This document shows, in pieces, positions 1 to 8,256 of a stretch of DNA of 64,000 nt (position 1 is the stretch's first letter; each line of letters opens with the position of its first letter). Source of the DNA: Acidimicrobiia bacterium (GTDB lineage: Bacteria; Actinomycetota; Acidimicrobiia; Spongiisociales; ZC4RG35); NCBI GenBank assembly GCA_965203555.1, contig CBDBCY010000002.1:32001-96000 (forward strand), written 5' to 3'. The notes below the pieces were generated by a model. The model worked only from the letters and a program-made list of their open reading frames with translations. It did not search any database and had not been told where the DNA came from. Position numbers and translations under genes: made by a program.

Positions 1-618
1 GGTGGCTGGTCGAGCATGGCGGGTACCGGCGGGTCAAGACCGGCAATGTCGGCGGCGAGTCCGACTTCGATCGGGCCGCAGGGGTGGACACAGTGGACCT
101 ATTCGAGTTCATCACTGCGACCCAGCGAAAGGAGTGGGATCGGCTGGTCGACTCCGGGTACGGCGGAGATCCGGTTCTGGCCCGAGCCAAGTTCGTGCAG
201 CGGCTGGCTTCGCAACTCGACCGGCGGGGGGACGGTGGATGTGCTGCGACGGGGAGTGGTGGATCGCAACGTGAAGGTCCAGTTGGCATTCTTCAAGCTG
301 GCACACGGGCTCACGCCCGAATTGATGGAGCGCTACGAGGCCAATATCCTCTCGGTGACACGCCAGCTTCGCTACGAGCCGACCAGCAACAAGACCGTCG
401 ACCTGGGTTTGTTGATGAACGGTATCCGGGTAGCGACGGCCGAGTTGAAGAACCCGCTGACGGGCCAGGGTGTCGAGCACGCCATCCTCCAGTACCGCAA
501 GAACCGCGATCCGGCCAACCGCACCCTGGTCCGGGTGGGGATGGTCCATTTCGCAGTCGATCCGCACCTGGTGTCGATGACCACCCATCTGGTCGGCGAT
601 CAAACCCATTTCAACTAG
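1..618 (+). pseudogene. hsdR: Type I restriction enzyme R subunit, N-terminal part; frameshifted and truncated; 5' end outside window
   Basis: Frame 3 reads WLVEHGGY...DLFEFITATQRKEWDRL...RLASQLDRRG. After a G6 run at 226-231 it continues in the 16..618 frame as TVDVLRRGV...VTRQLRY...DLGLLMNGIRVATAELKNPLTGQ...QYR...VHFAVD, typical of HSDR_N. Stop at 616-618, long before the helicase domain. Confidence 0.85.
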
Positions 619-632
619 TATCGAATTGGTCG

Positions 633-2390
633 ATGAACATCACTGATGGGGGCACTGTTAGGCCGGGTATCCCGCCAAGGGTCGAACGTCGAGAGACCAT
701 ATCTGAGGTCCTTGATTCATTAGATGGCGAGTTCACGGAGTTCGCCGCTGCTGTAGCACGTGGTGAGTACGTGCTGTGGCTCGGATCCGGTTTGTCAAGA
801 TCGGTTGTTCCGGATGTCAAGTCGTTGCTTCGTATGATCTTGTCATACCTGCAACGTAGGTTCAACCCCGAGAACGACGGCTGCGCGTTCCGGCAGGCTC
901 TGTCGGATATTCTCATGATCGCTGGTATTTCGGTTGAGGCCCGAAAGGCCATCGACTTAAGAGAGCCAGTCGAACAGTGGGTTGGTGTAGATGACCTTGT
1001 CGATCGACTGACGGACAAGTACTCGACTGTACTCGATGTCTCGGTCGAAGGTGAGGAGGATGACTTTCTGCTTTGGAAGGCTGTAGATGTACGGACCACC
1101 TATGGCGATGACTGTCTCAAGCCCGACGCAGAGCATCTTTGCCTAGGGATCTTGATCCTTGAGGGGGCGGTTCCAACAGCTGCTACAGCAAATTGGGATG
1201 GCCTCATAGAGTCTGCTGTTTCGCGCCTTGCTGGTGGTGCCAATTCGATTCTACGGGTAATAGTGGCAAGCCGGGAGTTTCGACAAACCAAAGCACGCAG
1301 TGACTTGATCAAGTTTCACGGGTGTGCTGTTAAAGCGGCTCGGGATCCTGATACTTATCGGCCTCTGTTGGTAGCGAGCCAGACTCAGATTTCGCGATGG
1401 GCGAGTCTTTCCCAGAATAGGCTGATACGGGATCGCCTCATAGCCTTGTTCGCGACACAGCCTGCTCTAGTGATTGGGTTGTCGGCCCAGGATGCGAACA
1501 TCCGCGCGGTTCTTAGCGAAGCCGGAGGCAACCTGTCGTGGACATGGCCAGCCTCACCACCGGCGGTGGCCTTTGCGGTCGAGTCTCTCGATTACCACCA
1601 AACTCTGGTTCTCAAACTCATCTACGGTAATAGCTACACAGCCCACCAAACTGCGATCGAGACATCTGCCCGACTCGGAGCGTACGCCAAACCCTTGCTG
1701 CTGGCTTTGGTTTTATTCACCTTGGCGGAGAAGCTCTGTGTTCTGCTCTATTCGTTGCCAGCTTGGAGCGACGCAGATATTGAACGCATGCGGCTGGACA
1801 TTCTCGCGATTCGCAATGCTATCGCCGCTGCTTCAGGCGATGACTTCTTGGGGTTCACTGACCGTCTTAGAGAGGCGGTGAGGTTTCTTCTGTCGACGTT
1901 TCGAACTGGGTCGGCATCGGGGCTTGCCTCAGGGGGCTACGAGGCCTTGACAGCCCAACCTATCCACCGCGCGGAGGATGACCCGAACGTCGACACGGAT
2001 GTCCTTAGGTTTTTCGCAGTCGCCGTGTCTTTGCTAGGCCGCGGTCTAGTCGACAGGGTTTGGGATCTCACAATGGGCAGGAGCGACCGGATAAGTGAGG
2101 GTGTCTGCACTCTTTCGACATCAGATGCCGAACCTTCCCACGTCTTTGTCGTTCAAGACGTTGGAGTATGGTCTAGGTTGGTAGCGTCCGGGGCAGTCTC
2201 TATGAATGACCCGAAGGTGCTGGCCATTCATGCCAAGGAGATCCCACCGAGACAATCACGATCTCCCAGGGTTAGGTACGGCCGGACCGGGAGAACCGAA
2301 AGCCGGGAGGTGTCGATCGAGACTCTTGTGATGTCGACACAGGCGGCAGACGATCTCTTCTCGTCCTTCCGTCGTGAGGCGGCCGTGTGA
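633..2390 (+). CDS. SIR2-like domain protein (putative NADase defence effector)
   Basis: Motifs VLWLGSGLS, ATANWDGLIE, LIKFHGC and LVIGLSAQDANI match SIR2_2. ATG 633 taken as start. Confidence 0.8.
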   Translation: MNITDGGTVRPGIPPRVERRETISEVLDSLDGEFTEFAAAVARGEYVLWLGSGLSRSVVPDVKSLLRMILSYLQRRFNPENDGCAFRQALSDILMIAGISVEARKAIDLREPVEQWVGVDDLVDRLTDKYSTVLDVSVEGEEDDFLLWKAVDVRTTYGDDCLKPDAEHLCLGILILEGAVPTAATANWDGLIESAVSRLAGGANSILRVIVASREFRQTKARSDLIKFHGCAVKAARDPDTYRPLLVASQTQISRWASLSQNRLIRDRLIALFATQPALVIGLSAQDANIRAVLSEAGGNLSWTWPASPPAVAFAVESLDYHQTLVLKLIYGNSYTAHQTAIETSARLGAYAKPLLLALVLFTLAEKLCVLLYSLPAWSDADIERMRLDILAIRNAIAAASGDDFLGFTDRLREAVRFLLSTFRTGSASGLASGGYEALTAQPIHRAEDDPNVDTDVLRFFAVAVSLLGRGLVDRVWDLTMGRSDRISEGVCTLSTSDAEPSHVFVVQDVGVWSRLVASGAVSMNDPKVLAIHAKEIPPRQSRSPRVRYGRTGRTESREVSIETLVMSTQAADDLFSSFRREAAV

Positions 2391-2941
2391 TGGCCTCCGG
2401 TGTGGAGACAGTACTTGCCATCCTCGTTTCGGTCGGGTTCGAACCCTTGCCGAAACCACTCGTGGTGGCAGGGACGACCTTCGAGTTCGATGCCGCGGTC
2501 ACAGGGACGGGGGTATCTCATGACCTGGTTGTGGTTGGCGGTAAAGATGCTGAAGCAGACAGACTGACCCATTTGCTCTCGGGGCTGAGCCTGAGCCTGG
2601 ATCGTTTGGGGTCGTGCCGTCCAGTGAGTCTCGTTCTGCTCGGACCGCGTCCCGACCCCACCCTACTCTCGCACCTTGAAGATCACGCCCGCGTCATGTT
2701 GATCGAGAGCGAGCAGCCAACGGCTGAGGAGGCGAGGGAGGCCGTCGCTGTCTTGCTGCCTCTTCACTTGCCCTCTGCTCGACAGGTCAGCGTTGATCCC
2801 GTGGAAGAGTTGGTAGGGAATCTGGGTGAGAGTGCGTCTGATGAGCACCGCCGAATAATCGGCTTTGCGAACTCTGGATCTGAGGCGGTCCGTAAGGCGC
2901 TCCGCCGATATGTCAACATGTCGTTCGAGGACCTGGGGTAA
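2387..2941 (+). CDS. Small hypothetical protein, putative middle component of a three-gene defence system
   Basis: 184-aa ORF overlapping the SIR2 stop (GTGA) and lying 13 bp before the ATPase. Confidence 0.7.
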   Translation: MMASGVETVLAILVSVGFEPLPKPLVVAGTTFEFDAAVTGTGVSHDLVVVGGKDAEADRLTHLLSGLSLSLDRLGSCRPVSLVLLGPRPDPTLLSHLEDHARVMLIESEQPTAEEAREAVAVLLPLHLPSARQVSVDPVEELVGNLGESASDEHRRIIGFANSGSEAVRKALRRYVNMSFEDLG

Positions 2942-2954
2942 CAGGAACCCATCG

Positions 2955-5372
2955 ATGTTTGAGCCGATTCTTCGCAGCGTCACGATTTCCAACTTCCGTC
3001 GACTGCGAGGCATGCACAAGATGCCGCTCGACGCCCCGATAGTGCTTATCTTTGGTCGGAACGGAACCGGGAAGACCAGCATCCTGTCAGCGATCGAGCT
3101 GGCCTTAACCGGCGAGATCAAGAGTATGCGGCGCTTGGACAACCGCTACACAGCCCACCTCCCGCGGTACGGTGAGGCGTTCGCTACCCTGAGTGTCGAA
3201 GTCGGTGACCGGAACGGTGCATTGCGGCCTCAGATCGTGATGACGGTTGGGGGCAACGAAATCAAGGGTCCACCGGCACTCTCTCCGGAGGAAGCACAGT
3301 TCTACACAGAACGCGCGTATCTCGACCAGGTTTCGCTCGGACAGCTTCTTGAGCTGTACCAATACACCGAAAGGAACGAGGAGTCCTCCCTCGCTCGGTT
3401 CGTCAATGAGCTTCTTGGTCTTTACCAGCTAGATGCTCTTCGGAGTGGTCTGCTTGACGCTACGCACTTGACCAAGTTCAAGAAGCTTTCTGAGTCTTAC
3501 AAAAATGCCCTAGAAACAGCGAAGGTAACAGAGGGGAAACGGGACGAGGCGAGCGCAGAGCTGGAGGGGAAAAACGCAGAACTGACAGGACTTCGGAGCG
3601 TTCTCCGGCGACTATTGCCAGGAGCGGGCTATGAGATCGAGACCAATGACTGGACAGCCAGCGAAAGACAGGTCAGGGCTTGGTTGGCTAATAACCAGTC
3701 CATGGAAGAGATGGAGGAGGCACAGGAACGAATTCGTTCACTCACAGAACTTGGAGGTCTCATCAAGGGTCTTTCCACCCGAACCGGATTAATACGCCTC
3801 GAAGAGGCAAAAGTGGCTGTTGCTATGGCCGAATCACAGTATGAGTGCTGGCGCAAGGAGTATGAGGGCCCCTTGGCTGACGTCAAGCGAGAGGCCACAA
3901 AGCTCGGTTTCGAATCCGGTATTCCGTCTCAATCCTCCCTTGAGACGGAAATCAAGAGGTGGGATCTCCAACTGGCTCGGCAGCAGGTCAATGCTGACAA
4001 AAGCGCAGAAATGACCGCACGCGTCGCCGATCTTGCCTCGGCGCTCAAAGTACTCGACGGCGAGATCGCTCAGAGAGAGGTCCGCGCCGGCTCCCTAGCC
4101 AGCGGACTCTCTCTGCTTCGAGACGAGGTCACTGATGACCTCTGTCCTTTATGTGACCGCGACTATTCCGAACTCGGAAAGGGCTACCTCCGTGCACACA
4201 TCGAACGGAAGATTAACGAGATCACGACGAAGGGTCGAGAACTCATGGAGTTTAAAGAGCAACATGACTTGGTCCGTATAGAACTCAGGTCAACTCAACA
4301 GGAATTGGCGGCCCTAGAGGGCAAGGACCTCCCTGAGGAGGCGTTGAAGGGCATCGCAAGCCGCATAGCCAAGGCAAAAGCGCTTCGGAGCCGCTTGGAG
4401 TCTCTGGCAGGCGTGATCGAAACCGGAGCCGCGCTTCGCCGCAGAATGCAACAGGCTCGGGCAGATGCCGAAGACATCAAGGGTCTTGAACACCAAACTG
4501 GAGTGGTGATGTCGATGCTCCGGGAACATGCTTCGGCGCTCGGGACAACGACCACACAATCTGACGAGACTATGGAGGAACGGTGGCGGCGTGTGAGCGA
4601 CCTCGCCGCTAAGAGGATGGCTCAGACCAGAAACCGCAAAGAAGCTCGTGATCAAGCCCGCGCAACACTGGCCCGCATCGACGAACTAGAGGAGTTGGCT
4701 AAGCAACTGACCGTGGATATAACACACAGAACACAGGAAAAGCGGAGATGGGACCGGCAAATCGCTGAGGCCGACCGGCGTCGCAGCGTAGCGCTTCAGA
4801 TCCATAAAGCAGCATCCACGACGAGAGAGGCCATTGTCAAGAGAGTCTTCACGGAGTCACTCAACAAAGTTTGGCACGACGTGTTTGTGCGACTTGCTCC
4901 GTCGGAGCCATTCGTACCTGCTTTCGGTATACCGACTTCGACCAAGACGGCGTTGCAGTTGCGACTTGAGACGATTCACCGCTCAGGCGGGAAGGCGGGC
5001 ACCCCAGCGACCATGCTTAGCTCCGGGAATCTTAACACGGCGGCGCTGTCGCTATTTATCGCTCTCCACCTTGCTGTGGAGCCATTGGTGCCATGCTTGG
5101 TATTCGACGACCCCGTTCAGTCGATGGATGAAGTCCATGTTGCTCAGTTAGCTGGACTGCTGAGGGTCTTGTCAAAGCATCACCATCGCCAGATCGTGGT
5201 GGCAGTCCATGAGCGAGAACTGTTCGAGTATCTTGCGCTTGAGTTGAGTCCCGCCTACGAAGGAGATGAATTGATCACAATCGAATTGGGTCACGATGAC
5301 TCCAGTAGGGGTGCAGTCGTGAAGCGGCGGACCTGGACCCCAGATGAAGCCGTGGCTGTCATAGTTCAATGA
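2955..5372 (+). CDS. SMC/Rad50(SbcC)-like coiled-coil ABC ATPase (LmuB-like)
   Basis: ISNFR start, Walker A GRNGTGKTS, long coiled coils, central CPLC zinc hook, LSSGN signature, LVFDDPVQSMD Walker B, AVHER H-loop. Confidence 0.85.
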   Translation: MFEPILRSVTISNFRRLRGMHKMPLDAPIVLIFGRNGTGKTSILSAIELALTGEIKSMRRLDNRYTAHLPRYGEAFATLSVEVGDRNGALRPQIVMTVGGNEIKGPPALSPEEAQFYTERAYLDQVSLGQLLELYQYTERNEESSLARFVNELLGLYQLDALRSGLLDATHLTKFKKLSESYKNALETAKVTEGKRDEASAELEGKNAELTGLRSVLRRLLPGAGYEIETNDWTASERQVRAWLANNQSMEEMEEAQERIRSLTELGGLIKGLSTRTGLIRLEEAKVAVAMAESQYECWRKEYEGPLADVKREATKLGFESGIPSQSSLETEIKRWDLQLARQQVNADKSAEMTARVADLASALKVLDGEIAQREVRAGSLASGLSLLRDEVTDDLCPLCDRDYSELGKGYLRAHIERKINEITTKGRELMEFKEQHDLVRIELRSTQQELAALEGKDLPEEALKGIASRIAKAKALRSRLESLAGVIETGAALRRRMQQARADAEDIKGLEHQTGVVMSMLREHASALGTTTTQSDETMEERWRRVSDLAAKRMAQTRNRKEARDQARATLARIDELEELAKQLTVDITHRTQEKRRWDRQIAEADRRRSVALQIHKAASTTREAIVKRVFTESLNKVWHDVFVRLAPSEPFVPAFGIPTSTKTALQLRLETIHRSGGKAGTPATMLSSGNLNTAALSLFIALHLAVEPLVPCLVFDDPVQSMDEVHVAQLAGLLRVLSKHHHRQIVVAVHERELFEYLALELSPAYEGDELITIELGHDDSSRGAVVKRRTWTPDEAVAVIVQ

Positions 5373-5715
5373 TTAGTCAAGGCTAAGGAGAACCGCAGCA
5401 CCAGCGGTCTGTCAGCTGTAGGGTAGCTGGGGGCAAACACGGCGACAACCGGCGTGGAGGACATTACTGAGCAGCACTCGCCCGTTGCTACGCAATCGAA
5501 TTTCATGATCTCCAATCATTTAGGACGCACTGCAGGGGCCGGATGCTAACGTAGCAGAGTACGCCGAAGCAGGCTGGTAGCTGACGTGAGATCACTACCG
5601 TGGTGAAACAGAAGATTGCTGAAAGTATCGACTTAATTACCAGGAGTAATCCAGATCCGAATGGGCAATCGTTCGCATCGCAGGTGATTCCCAAGGGGCC
5701 AAGTTAACGTCCTGA

Positions 5716-7293
5716 CCGGAATTTGGCGGGTCGGGGGGTTTGGTGGGGGGTCATTGGTGTGTTGACCTGGGGTTTTGTGTTGTGAGGGGCTGGTTCCGTA
5801 GGATGTTGTAGTGGCGACATTGTGTTGGTGGGATAGGGTGCAGTCTGCTGGTATTGTGGGATATGTTCGTAAAGACCACCCGCCGTCGAAGGGGCGACAA
5901 GGTATACGAGTACCTGTCGTTGGTGGAATCGGTCCGCAAAGGAACAAAAACCGGTCACCGGACCCTTCTTCGCCTGGGAGAAGTCACCGCTCTGCGCGAA
6001 ACCGGACAACTGGGACGCATCATTTCGGCGTTGGAACGCCACCTGCACAAACAACGCGTCGATATCGACGGGATAGCGGCCGAGCAGGCACCGGCAGCAG
6101 GAGGGGTAGCAGCCGCAGCCGCGGTGTGGGACCACCTGGGTCTCGGCGGGTTCTTCGCCCAAATAGGCAAAAAACGCGGCGCCGAAGCTTTGGAGCATGC
6201 AGTCTTCGCGATGGTGGCCAACCGACTGGTGGATCCCTGTTCCAAACGTCGCCTGCCCGAATGGACAACCGATGACGTGGTCATGCCGGCCGACTGGTCG
6301 GCGCCGTCGCTTGACCAGTACTACCGCGCACTGAACGCCATAGCCGATGTCAAAGCAGAGACCGAGGAGCATCTGTATCGACGGTTGTGCAATTTGACCA
6401 ACCTCAACCTACGGCTGGTGTGCTATGACCTGACGTCCACCTATTTCGAAGGTTCCACCCACAAATCCGACGGGTTTCCGTCGCGAATGTTCGGGTACTC
6501 TCGGGATCATCGCCCGGACCGACCCCAGATCGTGATCGGTCTGTTGTGCACAACCGACGGTATTCCGATAGCCCATCATGTGTTCGCGGGCAACACCAAC
6601 GACGCGTCCACCCTGGCCGAGGTGTTGGGTGATTTGGCCAAGTGGTTCGCGGTGGGCCGGATCTGCGTGGTAGCGGACCGGGGTCTCGATCTGGAGATCG
6701 GCCCAGGCCGTTTCTCTACCACTACAACGAAGACAACCATGACTATGAGAAGCTGCTGGCCGGTCGCTACGTGCTCACCACCAGTCTCACCACCGCCCAA
6801 GCCGACACCACCCAAATCGTGGCCGCCTACCGGCAGTTGCAAACAGTCGAGACCAGGTTCTGGGTCCTCAAAGACTTCCTACGACTGCGACCGGTAAGAC
6901 ACTGGACCGAACAACGGGTCCGCGGGCACGAAGGCAGTCTGTGTTTACGCCGCTCTCATGCAAAACGCTTATCACCCGCGCTCTCACCACAGGCGATGTA
7001 CGGGATCCCGACCTCGACCACCAGCACCTTACCGCCGCCCGGGCACTGAGGATGCTCAATCGTATCCGCCGGGTGAACCTGACCACCAACAAGCACCGGA
7101 TCACGCTCACCACCCGACGCACCCCCCTCCAATCCCGGACCCTCGCCGCTATCGGAGTCGATACCCGCACCTGGGACAAAGCCACCATCACCCAACCCTA
7201 AAAAGGGGTCCAAACCCCCGAATGTAGTGGAAACACCCTTTACGCGTATGCCCCCTGACCTGGGAAAACACCAAACCACCCGCCAAATTCGGG
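5716..7293 (+). mobile_element. IS1634-family insertion sequence (defective)
   Basis: Left end CCGGAATTTGGCGGGT versus reverse complement of right end CCCGAATTTGGCGGGT. 5-bp direct repeat CCTGA at 5711-5715 and 7294-7298. Confidence 0.85.
5863..7201 (+). pseudogene. IS1634-family DDE transposase, frameshifted and internally deleted
   Basis: MFVKTTRRRRGDKVYEYLSLVES...YDLTSTYFEG...GYSRDHRPDRPQI...VVADRG. The C-terminal parts (AGRYVLTTSL...VETRFWVLK...LRPVRHW, then ...RRTPLQ) lie in other frames, with shifts near 6714 and 6930-6965. Confidence 0.85.
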
Positions 7294-7577
7294 CCTGACC
7301 GAATGTCGGTTACTAACGGAGGCGCTCGGGACTCTCCGCGGAATGTGGGTCCTTCACCCACATGTGCCGATGCCGTTATATCAAATGCCGGGAGGGATGG
7401 TGGCCTGAATGGCATGTGCGGCGGCTTTGCTTTGAGATGGTTCCTCCAGGAACGCCGAATCTCCCTCAAGTCACACAGTCCGATGACCAGTCGGAGGGTC
7501 AAGACCTCAATCCGACAACAGGAGTGACACTGCATTTTGCTACCCGTATGGTGACCTGGGAGAACACCCCCTATATC

Positions 7578-7672
7578 TGGCGGAGGCGGACGGGAATCGA
7601 ACCCGCCGGGGGCCTTTTGGCCCCCCACCGGTTTTGAAGACCGGGGAGCCCACCAGGCGCTCGCTCGCCTCC
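7578..7672 (-). tRNA. selC: tRNA-Sec (anticodon UCA)
   Basis: Reverse complement GGAGGCGA...CCGGT-CTTCAAA-ACCGG...GGGGGCC-AAAA-GGCCCCC...GCGGG-TTCGATT-CCCGT-CCGCCTCC-G-CCA: 95 nt, long variable arm, TCA anticodon, encoded CCA. Confidence 0.95.
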
Positions 7673-7705
7673 AATGCGCAAGGGTACCGGAAGGAGGCTG
7701 GTACC

Positions 7706-8137
7706 GTGGATGGGGACATGGATAGACCCTTGAAGAAGCCCGATCAGGTGGCCCTGCGAATCACCGGACTCGTGGACAGGCCCCGGCGGTGGGACTTGGA
7801 GGCAATCGCTGGCCTTTCGGGGCAGGTTGTCGAGGCCGGTGGACGGGGAGTCTCGGCCGGTTCTCTCTTGGAGGCCTGTGGTCCGCGGGGTGGGTATGTG
7901 TCGGTGGAAAGCGAAGACGGGGCATATCGAGCCTCTATCCCGATCGAGGAGTTGTCCGCCAAAGGAGTGGTGATCTACGGGTTGGGTGACGGTCAACTTC
8001 CCCGGGAGAGAGGCGGTCCGTTCCGTATGCTGGTGCCGGGCGGACATACCCTGTGCTGGAATGTGAAGGGGGTGGGGGAGATGCGGGTGACCGCTGAACC
8101 GGAGCCTGACAGCGTACCTGCCAACCCGACTCACTAG
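7706..8137 (+). CDS. Molybdopterin-binding (sulfite oxidase-like) domain small protein
   Basis: AAGGAGG at 7691-7697 then GTG at 7706. LRITGLVDRP...ESEDGAYRASIP...GQLPRERGGPFRMLVPG...WNVKGV resembles Oxidored_molyb. Confidence 0.7.
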   Translation: MDGDMDRPLKKPDQVALRITGLVDRPRRWDLEAIAGLSGQVVEAGGRGVSAGSLLEACGPRGGYVSVESEDGAYRASIPIEELSAKGVVIYGLGDGQLPRERGGPFRMLVPGGHTLCWNVKGVGEMRVTAEPEPDSVPANPTH

Positions 8138-8228
8138 GGAGGATCCACGTTTCGGAGAGTGTTGAGGGGTGGGTACTTGCGGATTTTTTAGTGTTTGTTT
8201 TCACAACTTAGCAATATGCGGGATGTTT

Positions 8229-8250
8229 TGTCACACCCCCTGTGCATACT
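8229..8250 (+). promoter_or_regulatory. Putative PafBC/RecA-NDp-like leaderless promoter
   Basis: TGTCAC-N10-CATACT, 6 nt before ATG 8257, no RBS. Confidence 0.5.
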
Positions 8251-8256
8251 GTAGAC

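Noticed and set aside
84-2390. 768-aa HsdR-SIR2 fusion suggested by the ORF track
   Set aside because: The first ~49 aa are HsdR and the next ~130 aa are off-frame hsdR sequence produced by the G6 frameshift. The SIR2 gene plausibly starts at 633.
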